NCBI GenBank assembly: GCA_965649825.1 | Contig: OZ287698.1 | Span: 945,949 to 1,009,948, forward strand | DNA: 64,000 nucleotides | Source of the DNA: Penicillus capitatus | Lineage: Eukaryota; Plantae; Chlorophyta | Reading direction: 5' to 3' | Made by a program: the position numbers and the translations under genes | Notes under the pieces: model-generated | Databases searched by the model: none | Seen by the model: the letters and a program-made list of their open reading frames with translations, nothing else | Told to the model about the DNA's origin: nothing | Shown: one piece after another, positions 35,566-47,546 of the stretch | How the letters are laid out: every line of letters begins with the position of its first letter | Position numbering within the stretch: position 1 is the first letter of the stretch

Positions 35566-38562
35566 TTATCTTCTGTCCCTCTGATTTATCCAGTGGTCTT
35601 TGAGAAGTTCGAATCGAGAGACAGCTCCGTCACCTGAAGGGAAAGAACGTGTGAGGGCCTCCATTTCCGCTTCGCTGTCAGAATCAAAGTTCGTATCCAT
35701 CTCCGTATCGGATTCCATAATCTCGTGCTTTGTCTCGAATGGAGGCTCTTGGAGCTGCATGCTCCATCCGGACGCCGATTCGTGTGTCTCTTTCAATCTG
35801 GCTGTTAAACTGCGCAGGACATCCGGATTGACCGGATCTGGTGCGAACTCATCTGGTTGAAATTTTTCCAAAAGAATGCACATAGAATGAATGGACAGGG
35901 CTGCAAAGAGTTCTCCTCGCACTGAGGCATCTGTCAGGAGCTCTTTTGGCATCATCAGCAGATCAGCTGTAGCTTTGAGTGAGGGGAAGAACGACTGTCC
36001 TGGATCTCCGGTATGATGCGGCTCTTTCATATTGGATTCAATGGCCCACTCCGACCATCGCGTGACCGCCATCTTCAAATGCATACCAACGCCAAATGTC
36101 AAGGGTCCTTTTTTGAAGGGCAGAGCAGTTGGATGGATTTTGGGCCACGTCCGATGCTGAGATCCGACCAGATCTTCCTGAAAACTATCAACGGCGTCGA
36201 AAAATAGCTCTCCCTTTGCTGCACTCGAAAGCAGCTCCCGAAACAGCAGAGCGTCCATCATGCGACAGCAATTGCCAATTATTTTTCTCCTGAGTAGCGG
36301 GAGATGTCCAAGTTCAACATCTCCACGACCAGCCGGCAATGCAAATTGGTCATGGACAGCACACAAGGCGCTCAGCCATTTCTGTACACTGCCTTCGTGA
36401 TAAGAAGACGGTTTGGCTTCAAAGGCAGGAGAAGCAATGTGCGGAACAAAGATCTTCCACCAGAGATACTGTTGTAGACGATCAAAGATGCTTTTCTCCA
36501 TTTTGACAATCAACTGGTGCATCCTCCTTGCGGACCAGTCGGATGGATCTGGACTAGAAGGCCGTGATCGACCACGGTCTTCGCCGTGGGAAAGGAATAG
36601 GCGAAGTTGAAAACAGTTTCCCCACCAAAAAGACATCCCTGGAACATCTGCCCCACAAGATTCGACCATGACGCGAATTGCTTGGAGGCAATTCTGAAGG
36701 ACAGCAACACACTCTTCACCACCTCCACTTTCCAATAGACATGTAATCCCCCTCGCGATTCGACGAGCTGGAGCATGAACGTTACGGGCTGAGTACTTCT
36801 GTGGACCTGCAAGCATGTCATCGGCACAAATGAGTGACGATCAGGGATGGTTGAATGGTGGGTTGCTCACCGGGGCGTGCCAAATAGACAGAGTATTCTA
36901 AAAAAGCAGCAGTTCTGAGTTCAGTCATGAGAAACGACGAAGGTCCTTCAAATTGAGGTGGGGATTTTCTTGGAGAAATAGATCGTTCGGGTGTCAACAG
37001 GTGATCCTGAAAGGGGTGCATTCGTGGCGATGGACTTCTTCTTGGAGATTGTGAGATGGCATCGGCATCGAATGCAGGAGCCGTACGTTTCCAGCGTCTC
37101 TCGGCCGTGGCCTTATACGCCTTTCCAGGGATTCCACTTGTCGGGAGCTTCGGTACTTGTGGAAAGACATCGACATTTTCCTTCCTGCGTTTGTCATCTT
37201 GAACATCGGTCTTGTTTCCACCGAAGAGTTCAACCGAAGAGAGAATGTCATCCGATGCGCCATCGGTCAAAGGTTCCTCCCCCGGAGATCCACTGGACAG
37301 CGATTCTCGATCGTCTTCGACGCTCTGTTGAGGCGTGGCTTCGATGATACCAGCCGCCGGTTCTGTTTTGGACTCGGGGATTGGAGAGACATCGGGTGTC
37401 TTTGGTGCTTGACAAATGAGACCGTCCGTAGGGCTTTCGGGTACCACTCCCATCTCTAGCCCAGACAGCCACTCGCCCGTGCGATCTTGACCTTCTGCTG
37501 TGTCAGAGAGCGCGGTCGGCGAATCACTGAAGCGGAAATCCGGACTCTTGGTTTCGGACTCACGACTCGTCTGCCGTTCATGATTCTTCAGTTTGGCTTC
37601 GCTCAGCTGAGACAAACGCCGTTCCGCCATTGGATCATCGTACTGCTTCTCTACACATCCACAACAATCAGACGGCGCTTACAGGCTCTCCCATCCTGAC
37701 AACTGACTGACTGACCTGCAGTTGGACTGGGAACAAAGTCCTCGACGACGAATCCATTCGAGTCCTGTGTTCGGATGTGCCCTGAGCCATGAGATGTGCG
37801 TCGATGGGGTCGAACAGGCATGTCGTGGTCGCTCTCTCTAATAGTCTTCAGTCGATCAAATCCACGCAGATCGTCAAGCTGTTCCCCCGTCATCCGAACA
37901 GGAATGTCTTCGTTCTCAGCACCGCGGATATAGGCACTGAAGTTTGTCACAAATGTCCCGCCTGTTCGATCGGAGCTCATGGAACTCGCCATGCTCGCCG
38001 GACCTCCCGTGCTTTTCCACATGCATTTGACAGTCATTTGTAGGACAGGTTCACCCACGGCAGCCACAATATTCCGGCCGCATGCAACAGGGAAATCTTT
38101 TTTGACTTCGTTTTGCAGAGCTGCGAATTCTGAGAGATCAATGACAACACGCCCCAATGCGCTCGTGTCTCTTCCATTGGGCCCTGCATTCTCTATCACT
38201 GCTAGAATAAGGCATTTCTTTTTGAATGGTCCACTCGGCGTAGGGGCAGCGTTGTCTTCCTAAACCGAGGGAGGGTGTCGATGAAACGCGCTGAGATATC
38301 GACGACGGTATGGTCAAACCATATAGAGAGTGGCCGAGATTTGAATGACGTCATTGAATTCGATGACCGTTCCCAATTGCCCTTGAACTTGTTTAGGTCG
38401 GTGCGCTTCGGTCACGCCGCGCTTCTTCTTCTTTGAGCCTCGCTGCCAGGCTACGGCTATCGATTTGCCACTGGCAGGCCAAGGTGACAACACATGAAGA
38501 GTAAAGGAAAAACTGAAGCGCACGGCACTGGACCGTTTTCTCAATGCGTCTAATAGCCCCAT
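35566..38562 (-). CDS. NT-C2 (EEIG1/EHBP1-type) domain protein with a conserved plant-type C-terminal domain
   Basis: N-terminus VRFSFSFTLHVLSPWP..IAVAWQRGSKK and LGRVVIDLSEFA. C-terminal region has SFWWGNCFQLR, LTFGVGMHLKM and FQPDEFAPDPV. Confidence 0.8.
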
Positions 38563-38785
38563 GCAAAACGAATTCTCAAAACGCTGGCGACAATAGTGAA
38601 GGATAAATGATCATAATGAACGACATTACAACACAAATGGTCACCTCAGGATGATACTTTATCCATAGCTTTCAATTTTCGTGCCTAGGCACATACATGA
38701 TCGTGTGTCAAATTTTGAGTTCATAGTGCAACAACAACTATAACAACAAGAACGAATGATAGTAGATGTCTGTCTTTATTATGCG

Positions 38786-40925
38786 TCATGGTTCGCGAGG
38801 TAATGTCGGTTGACAACAGAGAAGTTCGCCTCCTGGAAGACAAGACCAAAAACGGCGAGTGGTAGGAGGATAACGCCGAGGTGATGAATAGCGACTCGGA
38901 TGGGGTTTGGTTGGCGACGTTCCCGAAACTGGTGTGACCCTTGCTTCGATTGGCACTTCCTCCTTGTTGACATCCTCTGTCGTTCCTTTGGCTTCTGCCT
39001 CTTTAGCCACCTTGGGAGCTGCTTCTCCAGCTTCTCGGAGCTTTGGCTTTTCAGAACTATGATTGTCATCGTTGGAAGTCGCCGCCGTTTCAGCGACTTC
39101 CTCAATCACTGCCACCACTTCCGTTGACTCTTCTGGCACTCTTTTATCCAATGAGCTTGTTTGTGGTGCAGCCTTATCGTCTATTGTCGTGATAGTAGTC
39201 GGATCATCATCTCTCTTCTCCTCTTTGGTTTGAGGAGCTGCCAGCGTCGTTATCACTTTGTCGACGTCGGCTTTATTCGCATTCTTTTCCGAGGAGCAAT
39301 TGATTTCTGAATACGCGGGTGCTGATTCCGCATTTTCTTTCTTCTCTTGATCCACTTCAGCATCCCTAACGACTTGAGTGGGGAAGGAAAATTCTGATGG
39401 ATGAGGTATCTGCGGTTGCGGCGGCTGCTGAGGCTCTTCCTCTTCTTTTATGGGAGCAACGGAATCTGATGTCGGTGAAGTGATAGCATCAGGAAGTCCT
39501 TCCAATCCAACCTCGCCATCCACCATCGCAGCCTTAAGAAATTTGTTAAGTTCATCGTCATTCTCTTCCAGAGCCAACGCCTCGTCTCCCGCCTCGCTTG
39601 TGATGGTGCTTAATCGATCAAATCTTCTGTGCAACATCAAAGATGATGCATCTAATGTGGAGGTCAATCGCTCTCCCTCTGATCGGTGCTGATCTACTGT
39701 CACAGCTGGAGGTGATTCAGCCTCCTCTTCATCGGCCTCTTCCTCCTGATCGGCAGTACTATCTTGAACATTGTTCTTCTCTACCTCATTGCTTTTTAAA
39801 GAAGCATCTTCTTTTGAAGTTTCTCCAGAAGTCACGCTGTCGACAAAACAGATCACCATTCACATATAACGATCCAAGTGAACAGCAACATAGACTTACG
39901 ATGTAGCAGTCGTTTTATCGAGGATCGCCGTCGTTGATGTCATTTGTTGGACCGAATCTGCTTTATCTGTTGCTACATCATCTTGTTCTTGACTCACATT
40001 CCCATCCACCTCTAGATTCTCCGGAACAGAGTCCCTGACAAGATCATCACACAAATGAGAATGGCCATGTCGAATGAGGATGCCTCCTGTACATGGTGTA
40101 TGTGCTGCTGGTTCTCTTTGGACTTCCGCTGACGGCATCGACCAGTTTTACAGGGTCTTCATGGGAATCGCCTGTTGTCAACAGCATCCCTGAGTCTTCC
40201 TCCTCCGAATCGGATGCTACATTCAACAAACCCAATCACACGAGTGGTCATTACACCTGTCACATCACCTGCTTCTGCCCACCCTGTGGAACTAACTCCA
40301 CTGCTCAGGCTTGTGCCGCCTGTCCCCTGTTTGTACCAAGACCTGAACAAGACGATCAGAACTGTACGGCTGCTCATGATCATCGTCAGCAAGATACCTG
40401 ATGCTGATTTCAAAGTGTGGTTGACCCACAGCTTCAATGATTTCCGAATCGCACTCTACCGGTACACGCAACTTGTAGTCCATCAAACCCACATACTCAT
40501 TAAGGTTAATGGTCAAGTTTCCAAGAATCGAGTAGAGGTCTCCGTCATCGCCGACTTCCATGATGACGAGCCTGAGCTCCTTTGTGCCATAAGGTCCTGT
40601 TTTCTTCGTTTTGTTGCTTTCCTAATGAAGAGACACGTGTCGCCTTGTTAGTTTGTGCGCTTTGAGGATGGCGGTTGTCTACGGCGTAGAGCGTAACACC
40701 GAGCTCGAAATTCTCTTCAATTTCGAGGGAGCCATTGTTTATGTGTGCACCCGGCGTACGCACAGGCATGCGTGGCTTCGTATGACCTTTCTTGTGCTTC
40801 TTGGAACCGCGTTTCCATGTAACTCGTGCTGGCTTTTCATGCATAAACCATGGGCTGACTCTGTGGAGATGAATCGAATAGACATATTTAGCAGCGTAGA
40901 AACGACGCCCAATTCTTTTCAGCAT
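38786..40925 (-). CDS. Second NT-C2 domain protein with a long acidic low-complexity tail
   Basis: Motifs KYVYSIHLHRV..VTWKRGSKK..FELGVTLY and LGNLTINLNEY, followed by an E/D/S/T/P-rich region. Confidence 0.7.
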
Positions 40926-41696
40926 TTTTCAACAAGAAAAAGAGGGAGTCAAAAATCGCTTAAACCGTGAAACGCAACGAGGGGTATGGAGAAATGGCAC
41001 GTCACGTCTGGGTCGCGGATGACAGCCGTCACTGAACACCCGCGGCGACGCGGTCCTGTCACCTAGCGCGGCCGTCGCATCAAAAGACGTCGTACTGCCA
41101 GAAGTCTGTTGACACGTAGCGCAGCGATGACGAAGGTCTCGACGTGCTCACTGGAGATGAAGACACAGATGGCGTCATGCTCATAAACATATTCCAGATT
41201 CAATGCATGCGCTTTCTGTTGTCGACTGATCACGGCGCCGCCAGCCAAGATTCGGAAGAACGCGTCCGATTGGACTGTTTTCGAGTGGTGTCGCGTTCGT
41301 GCGTCGACGTTGATGTGACATGACAGTTTGTGACGAGGGCGTCGAGTTCAGGAATCGAGGTCCGACATATTAAAGAGGACATGCTTAACATCGTATCATG
41401 CTGGCGAACATTCTGAGTCGCCTCCTCTTGAATGATTAACAAAATTGCAGTTGCGGATGAAGATACACACCACAGATAGGCAAGAGGGGCAAATCAATGA
41501 ATGGTTGTCCCGTACTCTGCTCCTCTACCAAAGAGCGATCACTCGTTGAGGAAAGCCCATGTGGAATACATGGTTGTGTGACTGACGTCTCTTGGACAGA
41601 CAGGAGGATATCTTTTGCGCGATGCTGGTGTGACGTCAGACTTAATCAGACACATTTGATTGTCATCTCCAAACAAAAAAGGGCAGTTCGACGAAG

Positions 41697-44600
41697 ATGG
41701 GTGCTGAAAACGTCACATCACGCTTACCCGTTACGACAGACGCTATGCATTCGAGCTCTCAAGGCGATGGACGATACAAAGAGTATACGCAGCTCGCCGA
41801 GCCACACGTTGCGTCATTTGATTATTTCGTCCGAGAAGGTCTGACGCGCGTCGTCAAAAGTGTGAAACCGGTCGAGGTTCGATCACCCGACCGACCTCAG
41901 AGAGTGGACATTCGGACACTGGGACTCAGGTTCAGCATCCTGTGACGGAGAAGATCTATCGGATGACCATTTCGAATCCCGTTTTCGGGAAACCGATACA
42001 TCCCTTGGCGAAAGATGGTGGTGCGATCTATCCCCGAGAGTGTCGTGAAATGGTCGATCTCCTTTGTCAACCCTCTCATCCACTAATCACTCTTCCTGCT
42101 GCACAGAAACTCACTTATGCGGCGCCGTTGCACGTGGACGTGGTGATCAATCGCATTCGTGTGACGGTTGGGTAGGTGAACCACGGCGCCATGGATCTCC
42201 CTATTGAGTGCATCGCTTGCTCTCTGGCAGACTGGGCAATTGGCCGATTATGGTACAGAGTGCGTTGTGTCATCTGCACGGTAAATCAAAAGATGAGCTC
42301 TATCAAAGAGGAGAGGAAGCCAACGACTTCGGCGGATACTTCGTTGTCGGCGGATTGGACAAACTCATTCGCATGCTCTTTACTCAAGTCCCTCCAGTAT
42401 CTCACAGTATCGTAGCTCAGAGTTCTGTTTGCTGCAGCGGCGGCATTATATCATGGCCCTAGATCGATCGAATTATCTCAAGAACGGCCCTCTGTTTACC
42501 TCCAAAGCAACCGTCATTCGGTCACACCTTTTGCTTCAGTGACAGTTCAGAGAAAAGAACTGCAGGTGTGTGAGCGATGATGAAAGAGGCAGTTTTCTTC
42601 GCTGCCATTACCTACGAGATGACACCGTCGTCGTCGGTTTGATCATCGGCAGTTTTAACTTCTTCCTCCCAGCCGGTGTACTGCTCAGAGCACTGAGTGA
42701 GGTTCTGTCCATTTCGCCCTGTGGTTTTCGCACCTGGTGTCCCAGGCAAACGATCGCGAGCTGTACGATCACCTAACAGCTGCCTGTCCGAGTGGTGAAG
42801 GTGTAGCCCATGCTATCTTTGTTGGCCAGCAGGCAGAGCAGTGTCTCTCTCAATTGCTAAAGTACGGACTCAAAACCCAGCACGAAGCAATCGAGTTTTT
42901 GGGAGGCTACTATCGTTCGCCGATGGGATGCGCGGCATCGATGTCGGACTACGATGTGGGGATGGAGCTTCTGCACGAGTACATCTTCTGCCATCTCTCT
43001 TCCTTGCAGCAAAAGTTCCATCTTCTGATCCAGATGATCCACAAGCTCTATGCTTTTGTAATGGGCCCATGCAAGATGCTTCTGCCAACATCTGTGTGTG
43101 ATTCTGAACAGTGCAATTCGCAATGTCAAGCAGACAATCCTGACTCTTTGGCAACCCAAGAGGCGATGTTACCTGGCTTCATTTTGATGAAAGTGGCACA
43201 CGATCTTTTCGGACAGTATCTGAGATTCATACAATCCTCCATTCTTAAACAGTGGAAGCGTTCCCCTGAAAAGACAGATCTTGAGGTGTCTTCCTCCTAA
43301 GCACACGAGCTTGATGTGGTGATGTAGGATGCCGAGTGTGTGTCCAAGATTCTGCGCAGCAGGATTTCAACGGAGATTGGGAACAGGCTCATCTCTATGC
43401 TTAAGACGGGGAGGTTTGTTTCACGCACTGTTCGAGATCTTCCTCAATCCACTGGATTAACAGTGAGGCCTTTAAAGTGGCATCCAGAATGTGTGTCCTT
43501 CTGTGAAGGTGACGGCGGATCGCATCAATTTCCTGCGCTATCTTGCGCATTTCAGAGCCATACATAAGGGCGCCGTCTTCACACAGATGAAAACAACTCA
43601 GCCGCGAAAACTCTTGCCAGATGCATGGGGATTCGTGTGTCCTGTCCACACACCAGATGGACCGCCTTGTGGATTGCTCTTGCATCTGACAGGCAGCTGC
43701 CGTATAACAGTCAATAAACCAAGAAACTACGATGCCCTTTACCTCAGCATCTGCAAGGTGATTAGAAAGATACGCATCTGAGAAACGGTCTGTCTATTCT
43801 TAGGTTCTGGCAAAACATGGAATGGTGTCCATCATGGCCAATGTGCATCCACCTCCTCTGTCGACATACGTCAAGGCAATGGTCGATGGACGAGTTGCCG
43901 GTTACATCTCTGCCTCTCTGCTCGAACCATTGGTCAACAGGTGTTCACTAAATCGCGAGAATTTCGCAGAGATAGCCTCTTGTTCCAGATTGCGATTCCT
44001 AAAGGCTGTAAACGATGCAGGAGAGGCACACAGGATCGCGGAGCTTGATACAGACGAACAGCAGATTCCATCGGACTTGGAGATTGGATACATTCCTCAT
44101 TTCGAAGGTGGGATGTTTCCAGGCCTCTATCTCTTCACCCTGGGTGGCCGCCTGATCCGGGAAGTCCGACAAATTACCAGTGGCATGTCGGAGTGGATCG
44201 GACCTCTTGAGCAGCAGCATCTGATGATCCAAGTTCCAGATGACAGTATCAAAGAAACTAAATCTGATGCCTCTCATCAAGAGATCCACACAAAGAACAT
44301 CCTCAGCATCTTGGCCTCGCTGACTCCGTTCTCTGAGTTTAATCAAAGTCCGAGAAACATGTATCAATGTCAGATGGCAAAACAGACTATGGGTACGCCC
44401 TGTTTGGACTTTCAGTTTCGGCCAGACAACAAACTATACAGGTCAGCCCCTCACCGTAAGAAGTGTTCTGCTCATCTCTGCAGGTGTGTCTAGGCTACAG
44501 ACACCTCAGAGTCCGATTTGCAGAACGCAGCGTTATAGAGAGTATCATCTGGACGAGTATCCTGCGGGAACAAATGCCGTTGTCGCTGTCATTTCGTTTA

Positions 44601-46102
44601 CTGGCTACGATATGGAAGACGCCATGATCCTGAACAAAGCATCAGTGGACAGGGGGTTCGCCCATGGCTGCATTTACAAAACAGAACAGCATTTTCTGAC
44701 TGAAGGTTACCACTAACAGCCCGTCTCGCTTTTGTGAAAGAGTGAGCATTGCTGACAGACAATGCCCAGCAGAAACAAAGCTTTCTTGCAGACACTAAGG
44801 CGGCAACATCGCGACAGACAACTGCTGAGAAGGCAGACACAACCAGAGATCGATTCCCACAAAACATCGTCATCGCTGCATCCAGCGACGCCGTTGACAA
44901 GTTTGGCCACTCCATGGCGGACCCCCTCGTCAATGGGTGTCTTTCGCCTTAGTTGGTCCGCCAGTGTGACCGATTATCATGAGAATGCTGACAGAATCGA
45001 TGTGGATGGATTGCCCTTCCCTGGATGCGTCATCCACCCAGATCAAGCCTACTGCTCTACACTGAACTACGAGACAGACGTATTTCGTACCTTTAAGCTC
45101 AAGGGAGAAGAATCCGCCATTGTCGACCAAGTGTGTGCGGTTTTTATTCTATCCCTGTCTCAAAGATGGACTCTGTTTTCACAGGTCACTGTCATCGGGA
45201 ACAACAAGACGACGCTGTCGAGTGCCAATATCCGACTGCGGATTAATAGAAATCCAGTCATCGGCGATAAGTTTGCTTCGAGAGCAGGTCAGAAGGGCAT
45301 TCTGTCGAGAATGTGGGCAGATATCGATTTTCCTTATTGTTCTAAGACTGGAATGCGTCCCGATCTCATCATCAATCCTCACGCCTTTCCTTCACGCATG
45401 ACGATAGGCATGCTGGTCGAGAGCATCACTTCTAAATCTGCTGCACTTCAGGGACGATTTGTCGATTGTTCACCCTTTCAAAGGTGCGATGATCCTGAAG
45501 AACCAGACAAGGTCGAGGTGTTTGGAGACTACCTAGAGAGAGCAGGATTCAGTCGTCAAGGGAAAGAGACCATGACTAACGGCATCACGGGAGAAGAGAT
45601 GCCCTGTGATATCTACATCGGTCTCGTCTACTATCAGAGATTGCGTCACATGGTGTCGGACAAGTATCAATGTCGCGCTACCGGTCCCATCAACGCCATG
45701 ACAAAGCAGCCAGTGAAAGGACGCAAATTTGGTGGCGGCATTCGTTTCGGCGAGATGGAACGAGACTCGGTCGCTTCTCATGGCGCAGCCTATACGCTGA
45801 ATGACCGTCTCCTCAAGTCCTCCGACTGGTGTCTGGCGTCCGTCTGTACACGATGCGGTTCTGTGTTGAGTCCTTTGCTGGAGCCTAACGTTATGCCAGA
45901 TCTCGAGAGGAAGATGTTTCGAAGAGCTGGTGGCACGGGAAACACCATGTCGGCTGGGAAGCTTGTCTGCTCTACTTGTCGTGGAGCGTCAGATGCGATT
46001 CAGCGCATTGCAATGCCTTATGTGACAGGTGTCTTGGTTGCCGAACTGGCAGCTGTTAATATATCTGTGAAATTCGAGACGACGACGTTTCCAAATCTGT
46101 GA
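41697..46102 (+). CDS. RPA2: RNA polymerase I second-largest subunit
   Basis: Motifs [76 protein letters not shown] and [11 protein letters not shown]. About 15 short introns. Confidence 0.96.
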
Positions 46103-46326
46103 AGCCACTATGTTGACGATCAGAACGCAGAAACAGATCGTTGTTGGTCGCACTTAGAAGAGTACGATTTCGATTTAAGGATATCTCCATCGCGACGACT
46201 AAGATCGTCGCGATGAAGGGCCGATTGGATACCAATGTGCCGAGGTGCAGCAGTGATGATTGCGATTGATCACATCAGACCACTTCGAAATCGACGTCAT
46301 GACTTTCGCCCACCTGCGAGTGAGTT

Positions 46327-47040
46327 CGATGAACGCGATCGGCGCCAATCGATCTCATCGAGCCACGTCACAATCGCCTGCTCCCTTATTCTCCAACGAT
46401 GACGAAGTTTAATCGACGTCATCAGAGGCCGATCGACCGCGCTCACACAGAAGAAGCTGCCAAGAAGCTTTCAACGAAACCAGATCTGGAAGAGATAAGG
46501 ATTCCACACGGTTTCATTTTCTAAAACTCGCTGACTGATTTTGCATCCCTTTCGTATCTAAACGTCTTCAATAGAGCCATGTCTGCTCGATTAAGATTGT
46601 TTCGAATGTCGATCGGTTGACGACAATCGATTTGCGTTGTCATAAGCAGTCGACTCTCAGAGAGAAAGATCTGCGTCGTTCGCGTTTTATGAAGATTAAT
46701 ACACAACTAGTCGGATCGAATTCGATAACAGTAAACAAGGACTCGATGGAGTTTGATTTCGACGCATCGATGAATCTACTTAACGAATCGTTCATCGAAA
46801 CTGCTGCGACGAGCGACAGGAAAAGCTGTCCTGGATCATCAATGATATGTAACACTATTCAGAAAGCGATCGTAACGACAGGCGTCACTGTTGACAACAT
46901 AACCGACAGCTGGTCCTTGGCAGGCCGCGGACGATAATGATCGATGGCTGTTGCGTACGATCAGACACGATGGAGCCTCTAAAAAGCAGGAACATTTTGA
47001 TCGGTGCCTATCGCTCCCCAAACAAGACCCGATCCCCCGA
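46327..47040. repeat. Dispersed repeat, copy B (homologous to 29914-30620)
   Basis: See copy A. Homology ends where the minisatellite begins. Confidence 0.9.
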
Positions 47041-47546
47041 TCCCCCGGGACCCGACCCCGATCCCCCGGGACCCGACCGACCCCGATCCCCCGGGACCCG
47101 ACCGACCCCGATCCCCGGGACCCGACCGACCCCGATCCCCGGGACCCGACCGACCCCGATCCCCGGGACCCGACCGACCCCGATCCCCGGGACCCGACCG
47201 ACCCCGATCCCCGGGACCCGACCGACCCCGATCCCCGGGACCCGACCGACCCCGATCCCCGGGACCCGACCGACCCCGATCCCCGGGACCCGACCGACCC
47301 CGATCCCCGGGACCCGACCGACCCCGATCCCCGGGACCCGACCGACCCCGATCCCCGGGACCCGACCGACCCCGATCCCCGGGACCCGACCGACCCCGAT
47401 CCCCGGGACCCGACCGACCCCGATCCCCGGGACCCGACCGACCCCGATCCCCGGGACCCGACCGACCCCGATCCCCGGGACCCGACCGACCCCGATCCCC
47501 GGGACCCGACCGACCCCGATCCCCGGGACCCGACCGACCCCGATCC
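47027..47546. repeat. 24-bp GC-rich minisatellite (GATCCCCGGGACCCGACCGACCCC), about 21 copies
   Basis: About 18 identical units preceded by about 3 variant units. There are no spacers. Confidence 0.97.

Noticed and set aside
47027-47546. CRISPR array or telomere
   Set aside because: There are no spacers or cas genes, the context is eukaryotic, and the unit is not TTTAGGG-like.
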